Source of the DNA: Callorhinchus milii
Taxonomy: Eukaryota
Assembly: GCF_018977255.1 (NCBI RefSeq)
Contig: NW_024704742.1
Span: forward strand, 66,590,001 to 66,654,000
DNA: 64,000 nucleotides
Reading direction: 5' to 3'
Under the pieces are notes generated by a model, which did no database searches, was not told where the DNA came from, and saw nothing but the letters and a program-made list of their open reading frames with translations. Position 1 is the first letter of the stretch, and every line of letters begins with the position of its first letter. Positions 12,116-22,884 of this stretch are shown in pieces. Position numbers and translations under genes: made by a program.

Positions 12116-12895
12116 TTTACAACAATAACAACTTGAATATAGGGGGAGGGGGAGGAAGGTGACCAAAGGCGCGGTCGAAAAGGAAGGTCTTCAGCAGAGA
12201 CCTGAAAATAGAAAGAGAGGGGACGAGGCGAAGGGAGTGAGGAAGGGAGTTCTAGAGCCTCGGGGTGTAGTGGCTGAAGGCACGGCCGCTGATGGTGGAG
12301 CGGAGGATTCAGGGGGATAAGGAGGAGGCCAGACCCGGTGGAGCGAAGGCAATGGGCACTGTTGTGAGGAGAGAAGAGGTCTGAGAGCATGCAGAGGAGT
12401 GGAAGGATTTGAAGACAAGGGTGAGGATCTTGAAGTCGATCCTCTCTGGGACAGGCAACCAGTGCAGTCTGGCAAGGACTGGGATAATCGAGGAGCAGAG
12501 TTTGGTGCGGGTAAGAAAGCGGGCGGCAGAATTCTGGATGACCTGGATTTTATGAATGATAGTGGAGGGGAGACCGGCGAGGAGGGCATTTGAATAGTCC
12601 AGCTGAGAGGTGACAAAGGCATGGTCCAGGGTTTCAGCAGCTTTTGGAGTGAGGTGTTGGCGGAGATGGGCAATGCGTCAGAGGTGGAAGAAAGGGGTGC
12701 TGGTGGGGGACCGGATGTGGGGGCGGAAGGATAATTGGGGGTCAAACCTGATGCCTAGGTTGAGTACGGGTTCAGAGAGTTTTAAGGGTAGGTTGGGTAG
12801 GTGGAGGAGGTGAGAACCATGTGATTTTAGATGCTGACGGGAGCCAAAGTGTGGCTTCCGTCTTGTCAACATTCAGTTGAAGGAAATTCGCGCTC
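12116..12895 (-). mobile_element. L2 LINE 5'-truncated insertion flanked by 29-bp direct repeat
   Basis: Minus ORFs with VLNLGIRFDPQLSFRPHI and further L2 ORF2 motifs; ATAACAAGTTATTATTATTTATTTCCTTT at 12087-12115 and 12896-12924. Confidence 0.9.
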
Positions 12896-12949
12896 ATAAC
12901 AAGTTATTATTATTTATTTCCTTTATTATTTGAAGTGCTAACTTCATAC

Positions 12950-13346
12950 CGACCACCTGCTAACTCCATACTGACCTGTCCGCTCCCTCCGCTTAGCGGA
13001 CTCTGGCCTGCTCCGTGTCCCTCGCCCTACTCACCCCACCATCGGCAGTCAGGCCTTGAAGACTCTCTGCTCCCACTCTTTGGAACTCCATTCCACAGTC
13101 CCTTCGCCTCACCCTCTCCATTTCCTCCTTCAAGGCCCATCTCAAGATCTTCCTCTTCGACCGCACCTTCGGTCAAGCTCCTACCCCTACCCTCCCTGGC
13201 CTGCCTTCTTCCTCCCCCACTCCCTTCTCTCCACACCCCTCTTGAATCCAATCCCCAGCTCAGGTGGAAACACTCGATTGTCCAGCACCTTGGGACGTCC
13301 TCCCTTGGTAAAAGGAACTATATAAATACAATTTGTTATAGTTGTT
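12950..13346 (+). mobile_element. L2 LINE 3' end
   Basis: TCCTTCAAGGCCCATCTCAAGATCTTCCTCTTCGACC; tail CACCTTGGGACGTCCTCCC. Confidence 0.85.
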
Positions 13347-14004
13347 TTTACTTTCTTCCTGTTGTCCATCTCTACCGCCATTCCCTTCTTTCACAGGAAT
13401 GGACAGATTGTGATAAGAAAGCAGCCAATGAATTGAGCTGAGGTTCAAAGGTACCCAAAAGTTCCATGGAAATGGATGTATATCTACTTTTGAAGTAAAT
13501 CCAGACCTGATGCTCAGTAATCAGCTACCAGTACAGGAGCTGTGTTAATGAACTTACGACCAATGAAGGTTGGTTACAAGTTAATGGGCTGTATAATGGA
13601 TGTAATATGTCCAAATGTTCATTAATATGGACCCAGGTGCCCATTAATTGAATGGCTCCAATGATCTGATAGTTTCTTTGATGTACGTCTCATTATTTGA
13701 AGACCTGAATGTTTGCAGTCTTTTTGCTGTTTGTGCTGGTGACAATTGGATTATGCCCAGAGGCTGCAGACCTGAACAGAACTTCAGTTTGGAAACAAGA
13801 TAACAGATAGACAGGGTCCAAAAAGGACGTGAAGACAGGTTTTCAGTGTGGTTCAGTCCATTGGATGTTCAGCATATTTTGTACTTCGTGTTTTCTTTTC
13901 AGCCGGTGAATTGCAGGAATCAATAAGACACTTGTTCCTGCAAGTAAAAGACCTCACATTTTTATAGCACTTTATCATTGAATTACACAGAATGATAAAG
14001 CACT

Positions 14005-14390
14005 GAAACAGGTCATTCATCCCAACTAGTCACACAAGCCTCCACCACGGCTAATCCCCCACTTATAACACTTCATTCCCTTCTCCCTCATGAATGCATC
14101 AAGTTTGCTCTTAAACATTTCGATACTTTCTGCTTCAGACATGCTTTCTGACAATGAGTTCCACATTCTCACCACCCTCTGTATAAAGAAACTCACTTTT
14201 AGATCCACTACTGGCTGTCTTATATTTGCTGCATCCCCCCCCCTCCCCCCACCACCCCTCATTTTGGGCTCACCAACAAGTAGAAACAGTCTATCAACAT
14301 CCACTTTATAGAATTCTTTCATAATCTTAAATACCTCTCTCTCAGGTCCCCTCTTAATTGTTTTATTTCTAGAGAATAATCTGTCCAATC
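14005..14390 (-). mobile_element. CR1 LINE 3' end
   Basis: ORF 14026-14388: EVFKIMK..FFIQRVVRMWNSL..FKSKLDAFM, a CR1 ORF2 C-terminus. Confidence 0.85.
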
Positions 14391-14429
14391 TTTTTGATAT
14401 CTTGTTAAAATGACAAAGTAATTATTGTC

Positions 14430-14840
14430 AAATGTACTGACTGTTATTTGTAAGCAAATGCGGTAAATATTTGCACACACAACACAGTCCTGCAAACAGC
14501 TAAGAGGTAAATATACATATATATAAATAAATATATATATAAATCAATATATATGGGCGGCATTTTTGGCCGGGACACTGGGAGAAAACAATATCCTATC
14601 TGCCTGTTCACGAGGATGTTAAAGATCCCATGCATTACTAGAGAAGAAAAGGAAGCTTTTCCTGGTATCCTGGCCAAGAATCGTTTAGATACAATTGATT
14701 GGTCATTGACCACATAGTTGTTTGAGAGACATTGCTGTGATGAAATTGGCTGCTGCATTTGCCTACAAATACGCAGTTAGTACACTTTACAGTAAAATCG
14801 CTTTGGTGATGATAAGATGCTAAATCAAATTCAAGGAGCG
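14430..14840. mobile_element. two Deu-SINE fragments in opposite orientation
   Basis: Minus fragment 14430-14590 with (AT)n insert; plus fragment 14595-14840. Confidence 0.65.
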
Positions 14841-14929
14841 TTACATTCTTCTACTTTCTTCTTTATTGTATTTGCTTATTATTCTAGTCATTTATTTGAT
14901 CACATGTTCAGTCATTTTATAGTGGTCAG

Positions 14930-15015
14930 TCTAACATATGCGGAAACCCATCACCATGCTTAAGGGTATCCAAACTGAGAATTCCATGCATCCCACCTAC
15001 AGATGAAAATTCTCC
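14930..15015 (+). mobile_element. solo arm of MITE-like family
   Basis: CGGAAACCCATCACCATGCTTAAGGGTAT identical to 41581-41609. Confidence 0.7.
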
Positions 15016-15074
15016 ACTCCCCAACCCTCTCCCCCCTCACGATTGAATACCCCAGCCAGCTATGTGAAGTACAA

Positions 15075-15260
15075 TCCACCAAATAAAATTGGTCACTCAC
15101 TCCATGGCTATCTATGGGACATTACTGTGTGCAAATTGGCTGCTGCGTTCACCTACAAAATAGATACAGTCATACTACTTTACAGTATATCTTGTGAAGC
15201 AGTTTGAGATGTCTCGATTACGTGATAAGGCGCTGTATCAAATGCAAGGATTCTGTTATT
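15075..15260 (+). mobile_element. SINE 3' tail fragment
   Basis: AAATAAAATTGGTCACTCAC..AAATGCAAGGATT. Confidence 0.8.
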
Positions 15261-15419
15261 AGAATGTACCTTAACATCAGTCTGATAGATGTTAGCTGCT
15301 CAAACATAACATTGGGAAGGCAAAGGAACAGTGATTTTTATTGCTTTGCCCAGAACATTGGATATTCTAAACACTGCTGTAAAGATACTTTGGACAGTTT
15401 TGCGAAGTTATTGATAAAC

Positions 15420-15697
15420 ATCATTGAGACGGGCTTCACAGTACATATTGTAAAGATTGTATTTTGTGGGCAAAACGCTGCAGCCAAATGTGAGCAGCAG
15501 TGTCCCACAAACAGTCATGGATTGAGTGACCACATTTTTTTTGGTGCAATTATTAAACCCGGAAAAGGATCCACCTATCGACTAACAACTGGGTTCCCAC
15601 TTACTCCAAGGTAAACAGAGGCGTGTGGAGTAAGGAAACTTGCCTAGGTTTTCGCCTTGCCCAGAAATCAAACCTGGGTCCTCTCTCTTGCGAGGCA
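15420..15697 (-). mobile_element. CmiSINE-like SINE, long form
   Basis: GGAGTAAGGAAACTTGCC body and partial tRNA head. Confidence 0.8.
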
Positions 15698-16309
15698 ATA
15701 CACATCAGGACAGAATGATACTCTACAGGGGAGAGTGTACATATCATTTCAGCCACAAGGAAATTTCAACGCATACATGGCATGCATATGTGGAACTGTC
15801 AGTCTGCTTTGGATACTCTTAGCATGTAGCTGGATTTCCAAGTGTTTGAAACACCCAGCTATTCCATATCACTGCACTATTATAAGAGTGTTTTGTTTAC
15901 CATTTGGTGTAGTTTTTTTAATGCAAAAAAGTAAGTCTAACCTTGTTTATTAGCCGACTGAGGTGATTGTTTAGTGTGCAGAAGGTTAAACAACTTTCAA
16001 AGATCCGCATCGTTCAACTGGCAATTCATGCAATGTTTCCTGCTATCATCTTTAGGGTAATAACCTCTTTATTGATGAATAAATCTCTAATGGACAGATC
16101 AAATGGAGGCTAACTAGCCACGCGTGACATTACCCACAAATTAGTCTGAGCAGAGCCCCGCAGGCACTGCCTGAGGACATAGTAGCTAATGTCAACATAG
16201 CCATCTGACAATCAGGTGTCAGCACCTGTAAGGTCCAAGGTCACCGCCCAGTCTACAGCAGGAATGTGGATAGTTTGGATCTTTTCTCATAGACGGAACT
16301 AATAGAATC

Positions 16310-16599
16310 CAAGCCGACACTCCAATGCAGTGCTGGGAGGAGCGCTGTTAGAAATGCTGTCCTTTGGATGAGACTTTAAACCAAACTCCCATCTGCCTGT
16401 TCAAGTGGATGTGGAAGATCCCACAATCCCATTTGAAAAGAGAAAGGAATTTCTCGTGGTGTCCTGGCTAACAATGTCCCAGATAAAATTGTTCGCTCAC
16501 TCATTAACTGTTTGTGGGACACAGTCACAACATTTAACAGTGGATCAAACATTGAGAAACCCTCCTGAAAGGTGCTGTACCAAATGCAAGGATTATTAT
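16310..16599 (+). mobile_element. Deu-domain SINE fragment
   Basis: CCTTTGGATGAGAC..GAAGATCCCA core plus deleted tail. Confidence 0.75.
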
Positions 16600-16959
16600 A
16601 CAAAAGGTAAAGGAATATTGCCAACAAGAGGGATGTTATTGGCAATAGGTTGACAGTAAAATGTAGAATGGCAGTAAAATGTGCCTCAATAGCACCAATC
16701 AACTCCCTGTCATTTTCTGCAAAATTTCCGCCAAGATTTTCAAATCGCCCCGCAATTTGGAGCAAACATTTCCGCACTTTTCTATTGGCCCAGGTGATAA
16801 CTGACATGTCACACGTGCCATTTTTTCACCCTGATATTGCCTAATTGAGATTCCAAATCCCAATCGGTGACTCCCATGATCACCAGGTTCTCTTTCTGGA
16901 AGATGTGCCTCTTTGCCCTAGCATTTCCCCTACTCTAGAACTACATCCCAGCGGCCCTC

Positions 16960-17355
16960 CGACTCACTCTCTCACTTCTTTCAAGGTCTTTCTCAAGACC
17001 TACCTCTTTCACCACACCTTTGCTCATCTTTCTCCTTCCCACTCCCCTTGGCTCTCACCACTAGCTCGGGTGCCAAGCCAGGGCTACTCTCAAGCGCCTT
17101 GGAATATCCTCTGAACATTAAAGGAGGTACTGTATATAAATGTAAATTGTATTGTATCTCCTCCTACCCCACTCCTCTTCCCCTCCGCTCGGCTCACTGG
17201 GGCTTGCTGCGTATTCCCCTCCTTATCCACACCGCCATCAGTGGCTGAGCTTTCCCATTTTAGACCTCTAACCTCTGGATCTCTCTTTTCTCCACTTCTA
17301 TGCCTCAACCCCCACTCGCATCCCTATCTGTCTTTAAACCCCATCTGAAAACCAA
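16960..17355 (+). mobile_element. two tandem L2 3' fragments
   Basis: SFKVFLKTYLF motif, (ATTGT) tail, second fragment ending CATCTGAAAACC. Confidence 0.65.
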
Positions 17356-17629
17356 GTCTTTTCATGTCTTTTATTATATCCCTCTGAGGTCAGGTTCCAG
17401 TCCGGGGAGTTGACTCCTGTCAATAAAAGTAATCATGTGCAACACCAGATATTTAAATTTATAACCCGCAACTCTAATCTTTGATCAGTTGTTATGTGTA
17501 ACATGATCCGTGTATGTGGCGTATGTGCATTATTTGAATTCCATTGTCTGTTAGCCTCTAGCCTTAAATCCTTTTTCCCTTATTTTTCAGAAGTTTCCAT
17601 TAATGATAATCATAAATAATACTTGTTGG

Positions 17630-17922
17630 ATTTTATTATAGTGCCTTATCACAGCGTCAGAAAGACTCAAAATGCGTCACAGGATTTACAGTAGAGTGTA
17701 GTGACCTGTGGATTATATAAACAATTTTCTTACAGTTATGTCCCACAAACTGAATGATCAATTTTACCTGGGGGTTGTTGGCCAGGACACTGGAAGAAAC
17801 TCCCTTCTCATTTTGAGTAGTGCCATAAGGTCATTAAGGTCCACCTGAACAGGCAGAGGGGGCCTCGGTTTAATGTCTCATTTGAAGGACGGTACCTCCA
17901 ACATTGCAGCGCACATTGCAGT
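17630..17922 (-). mobile_element. Deu-domain SINE fragment
   Basis: CCTCGGTTTAATGTCTCATTTGAAGGACGGTACC core on minus. Confidence 0.75.
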
Positions 17923-18199
17923 GGAGAAAAGTTAATGCATACATGCGGGAGAAGGGAACAGATGTAAATTTTATTGTATTCCTCCAACCCCATTCCTTGC
18001 TCCCACCGCTCGGCGAACTCGGGTATAGGTGAAGGCATGAGGGGAGGGAGCAATGAACTAGCTGGGAAGTGTCATTTTAGGTAACATCTGTAACTCTTAT
18101 CAGTGATGACCCAAACATTGACTTACAGCTGAGCAAGAGGACAGAGAGAGAGAGAGAGGACGAGAAAGAGAGAAAAAGAGAAATGTAAGAGTGCAAGCT

Positions 18200-18850
18200 G
18201 GCAGTGTGTGCCTGTAAGCCAGTTCCAATCCAGCGGTCAATAGCTCCCGTCAACTCTTTTAACAATTAATGAATTTAAATTGACCATTAAGTCAGCGGAA
18301 TTTTGATTGATAATTTTAATAATAACCCCCTTCATGCAGACCTGTCCAGCTTTGGGAAATGTATGATAATGTCCAATCTGAATGAGCAGCGGGGCGGAGG
18401 AGGTGAGGGGGATGGGGGCGACATGGTGGTGGGGGGAGGGAAACGGATGGTGGCGGTGGTGGAAGACACAGGGTGGGGAGGTATGTACGTCTCTGTTCAT
18501 CTTACAACGCCGGTGAGTTATTACTTGAACTGTGCTGCTGTTTCCTCAAAATGTAATTTGAATACAGATTAGCTGCCCCACTGTTCCAGAGCTTTGCCAT
18601 AATCATTACCGAGGACAGTAATTTGACTGATGAACACATGGGTTATCACAAGGTCATCACCTTCACCACAGTGAGGGAACGGTCCAGTCTCCCACTGCCA
18701 TGGGATGGAGCTGGAGGTCGGACTGGCATCTCTAAATGGTGCAATTAGCCAGTGTCATTAAATAAACCAATCTGGGAATGAATAAATCATTAAGCTAATT
18801 GAAACAACTAATATTACCTCTCAAATCCTTCCCCAAACAATTAAAAGTGT
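18200..18850. promoter_or_regulatory. candidate conserved non-coding element (enhancer-like)
   Basis: Repeat-free, TAAT-rich; TGATTGAT at 18304-18311, ATAAATCA at 18782-18789; conservation not verified. Confidence 0.4.
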
Positions 18851-18909
18851 CTTGAACGGCACAGGTCGGACAGACATAGGAATTTCTTTTCCTTTTTCAT
18901 TCAAAAAAA

Positions 18910-19078
18910 ATGTGGTCACTCACTCCACGACTGTGTGCGGGCCATTCTGTGTGCAATTGGCTGTTGGGCCTCACCCACAAAGTACAGTCAAATCCACTCT
19001 ACTCCCTGTGAAGCGTTTTGAGATGTTGCGATCACGTGATAAGGCGCTATATCAAAATGCAAGAATTATCGTTATTAT
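18910..19078 (+). mobile_element. SINE 3' tail fragment
   Basis: Shared tail sequence. Confidence 0.75.
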
Positions 19079-19158
19079 AAGACGTGCAGATATGACCAAC
19101 GTTTTGGAACCTGGCTGTTTGCCAAACTGTACCCAGCACCTCTCAGAGGGAATATTAG

Positions 19159-19908
19159 GTGTCAGCGTGGCTCAATCAGCAGCACTATCCTCTGAGTCAG
19201 AAGGTTGTGATTTCAAATTTTGGAACTTTGAACTCACACGGCCTATTAGCTGACTCTCCATTGCATTTATATTTCACTCAGGGTAGTGTCTTGGCGCACT
19301 TGAAAAGAGACTCTCCATTGCAGTGCTGGAATGTGTGCTGCATTTTCAGGCATGATTTGGATGAGACCTTAAACTGAGGTCCTGTATGCCTGTTCAGTTG
19401 AATGTTGAAGATTCCTTAGCACTCAAAAAGAGAGTGGTTTTCCCCAGGACAATGCTGTGCACAAATTGAATGCCTGTGTTCATCTACTTGGAGTCCTGTA
19501 GCTCAGTGGTTAGAGCACTCGCTTTGCAAGCGAGAGACCTGAGTTCAATTCCAGGAAGCGCAAAACCTTGGGCAAGTTTCCTTACTCCACACACCTAATA
19601 ATAATCCCTCCAAAACCAAAAACAATAATAAATTGGTCATTTTCAATCTACGACTATTTGTGGGACATTGCTGTGCGCAATTGGCTGCCGCGTTCACCCA
19701 CAAATATACAATCAATTCACTTTACCGTGTGTTCTGTGAAGCGCTTTGGAACGTCCTCCCGACGGGAAAAGCACTATATCAAAGGATTATTATTATTATT
19801 ATTACAAATGACACACTGTCACTAAGTTTTACCGTAAAATCCTGTGAAGAACTTTGAGATGTCTCAATGACATGATAAGGTGCAATATCAAATGCAAGGA
19901 ATATTATA
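19159..19908 (+). mobile_element. Deu-domain SINE hosting a nested CmiSINE and a templated insert
   Basis: Head at 19159; tail resumes at 19805 after the nested element. Confidence 0.8.
19490..19804 (+). mobile_element. CmiSINE-like SINE, short form, full length
   Basis: tRNA-Ala-like head GGAGTCCTGTAGCTCAGTGGTTAGAGCACTCGCTTTGCAAGCGAG; central block missing; (TTA)n end. Confidence 0.9.
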
Positions 19909-19914
19909 AAAACA

Positions 19915-20260
19915 AAACAATAATCCTTACATTTGATACAGCACTTTTCACATAAGGAGGACATCTCAAAGCATTTCATAGGATATATATTAAAGTGTAG
20001 TGACTGTGTTTTTTGTAGGCAAATGAAGCAACTAATTTGCTCACAGCAACATCCCACAAGCAGCCATGGAGTGATTGATTTTATCTGATGGATGGTGTTC
20101 CACTAGAAGAAACTGCCTTCTCTTTTCAAGTGCACCAAGACACTACCCTGAGTGAAATATAAATGCACTTTGTTGTTCCATGGGATCTCTAATGTCCACC
20201 TGATGTGGGGCTTGAACGCAAAACTTCCTTCCTGAGTGCTACCAACTGAGCCAGGCTGAC
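19915..20260 (-). mobile_element. Deu-domain SINE with deletions and a small L2-tail insert (~20129-20177)
   Basis: Tail, core fragments and head end GAGCCAGGCTGAC. Confidence 0.75.
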
Positions 20261-20522
20261 TTCTATCAAATGCTTCCTGGTGTCTGCAATGGTCTATTCT
20301 GGTCTTATGTATTCTGTCTGCATACGCAATCCCAAGATTTAATGGCAGCTTCCTCATGCTCACTAATAGCCATAGTATCTCTTTTCCAATGATCGACTTG
20401 TCAATAGCCGAATCCAGCCACAAGTGGTGAATGGTACTCGCTCTGACTGAGATAGATCCCAGAGCCAAAAGAGCTGGACCATTGCAGCAAGACTGAGCTA
20501 TGTTTCTAAATAAAATGCAAGG

Positions 20523-20557
<35 letters not shown>
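20523..20557. repeat. (TTA)n microsatellite between two retro-element tails
   Basis: Direct reading. Confidence 0.9.
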
Positions 20558-20647
20558 CGTAAAGCACCTTTCTTGTAAGGATAAATAGCACAAAGCCCCT
20601 TACAAAATATAATTGATAAGAAAGTAGATGAATACTGGTGATGAAAT

Positions 20648-20790
20648 CTAGCTCACTTGATTGGACTCTGTCCTATAGGTAAGAAAGTTGTGGGTTCAAG
20701 GCCCATGTCGACATGTTGAGCTCATGGTTTAAGCTGACACTCTAGTGCAGAGCTGGAGGAATGCTGCATTGTCAAAAGAGGTGCTGTCTT
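20648..20790 (+). mobile_element. Deu-SINE head fragment
   Basis: GTTGTGGGTTCAAGGCCC B box, GCTGACACTCTAGTGCAG. Confidence 0.65.
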
Positions 20791-20794
20791 TCAC

Positions 20795-21600
20795 CAACAA
20801 TAGCAACTTTCGTTTATATAGTGCCTTTCATGGAGAATAATGTCTTGGAGCCCTTAACCGTGACGAGTTGGGCATTGAGTTGGAGAGGGGAAAGGTGGGG
20901 TGACCACAGAGAAACAGTCAAAGAGGTAGGTTTTGAGTTGGGTCTTGAAGACATATAGAAAGGGGTCAAGAGGGAGAGGTAGAGGGAGGGAGATCTAGAG
21001 CTTGGGGGCATAGCATCCGATGGTGGGGTGGAATTGGGTAGGAGATGCCTGAGTTAGTCATGCAGAGGGGCGAGGAGAGGAGTGGAGATCAGATACATAG
21101 CGAGGTGCTAGGGTGTGAAGGGATTTCATTAACGTCTCCTCATCTGTGGCTCTGATGTCCTCAATCTCTCTCACAAACTCACCAGTCCAGTGCTCAACCT
21201 TGGAGTCCATTCACTAGGAGACAGAGAGACAGTGGAGCCTAGCGAGGTTTGAGCTGATAAACAGGTGTTATGGGTAAGGGGACGAGCAGTGGGGTTTTGG
21301 ACAAATTCAATTTTTTGATAGGTGAAGAGGAGACCACCGAGGAATGCATGTGAGAAGTCCGGGTGAGAAGTAACGAAGGTGTGGATAAGGGTTTCAGTGG
21401 CATTTGATGAGATAGAGGTAGGCTATGTGACAAAGGTGAAGGAAAACAGTCTTCGTCGGAGACCAGATGTGAGAGAGAAAGGAGAGCTGAGGGTCACTCT
21501 GGGAGTCAAGGTGGTCACTGGGTTGGTGAGTGTGAAAGAGAGGCCAGGAGATTGAGGAGGTTAGAGCCACAGGTAAAGAGAACTTTTCTTTGGGACCCCA
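20795..21600 (-). mobile_element. L2 LINE 3' portion, degenerate, with inverted internal piece ~21127-21215
   Basis: Colinear similarity with the 12116-12895 L2. Confidence 0.7.
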
Positions 21601-21622
21601 AAATGTGTGTTAAGAGTTTAAC

Positions 21623-21846
21623 TAGCTCAAACCACATAGCTTCACATTGAGAGCACTGTTTGGCAAGCTTCCCAGCTAGCATCACCTTAGGGCTGGACTA
21701 GGATCATCATTTAGAGCTATGGCTTTCAGTTTCAGGGTTAATGCCCACAAAAATATACAGTCAATTCACTTTATAATATATTCTGTGAAGTGCTTTGAGA
21801 CGTCTTGAAGACTTGACAAGGCGCTATATCAAATATAAGGATTATG

Positions 21847-21883
<37 letters not shown>

Positions 21884-22097
21884 GGAGCTCAGTGGGACGA
21901 GACCCTACCCTTAGTGACTGGTCTGCCCCTTCAAGACCTGCTGACAAGCCAGGCTGACTAGTCTGTCATCAGCAGTGTCCTGGAGTACTACGGATCCCCC
22001 TGACGTGTGGTCTTGCCTGGACAACCAAGACTGCAGCACAGGGTTGACTTGATTCTGACATTCTATTGCCAAGCATTTCACCTTGGAGCCAGTTCAA
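21623..22097 (+). repeat. unclassified dispersed repeat interrupted by SINE tail (21744-21880)
   Basis: Colinear with 53190-53505; TTAATG duplicated at 21738-21743 and 21878-21883 around the SINE tail. Confidence 0.75.
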
Positions 22098-22299
22098 CTC
22101 CTCTCACCCCCCCCCACCCTCCAACCCGAACCCCCACTCCCCTCACCTCCCACCCCACGAGGAATGCTATAACCACTGTACGCTTTATGGGGGAGAATTC
22201 CGTATTCCAAACATCAAACTAGTACAAATAGTTTTCCCCTTAACCTCCCCTTTAATTTCCACAATGTGGAGCACTGTGCAAAAAAACCCACACACAAGT

Positions 22300-22560
22300 A
22301 ACATCAGGCACTTTGTTAAAGAAATTAAGCGTGACAATTCCATTGGCTGGTTTCCAATAGTTAGTGAATAATGAGTTGCTAAACCAACCTGCTTAGATAA
22401 ACAATTAGCAGATTAGCATTTGTAAAGATGGAAATTGAGGTCATTAAGTGTGCATTGTGTGTATGGACTGCAAAACTGTACCCTTAATAAACCTTTAATA
22501 TTTTACAGGTAACACATCAGACTTCCCATCAAAACAAATGACAGGGTGATGTAACTTTTA
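22300..22560. promoter_or_regulatory. candidate conserved non-coding element
   Basis: Repeat-free, AATTA/TAAT-rich, TAAACA and GAGGTCA motifs; conservation unverified. Confidence 0.35.
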
Positions 22561-22884
22561 AATACCCCTACAAAACATTGTCCAGCATCTGGGGACATCC
22601 TCCCGATGTGAAAGGCAGTATCTCAATGCAATTTGTTGTTGCTGTTATTGTTGAAGAGCTTTTATCACCTGGTAAATTATGAGGGTGGTGATGGGTGTGG
22701 GAGGGGGGTGGGGCTGGGGGATGTGGTATGCGCCATGTGGTATTAGCACTAGTAGCACGGGAATCTCCATGTGTAGAGATTGTGCATATACAACAACAAC
22801 AATAATTAAACAATAATAACAACATTGATAAGACCCTTCACATGTGAGAACTCCCTTCTTTTTCAAATAATATTAAATAATAAA

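Noticed and set aside
19490..19560. tRNA-Ala(TGC) gene
   Set aside because: A/B boxes and the anticodon arm CTCGC-TTTGCAA-GCGAG are present, but no acceptor stem forms and the sequence runs into a SINE body; the same applies to the other SINE heads
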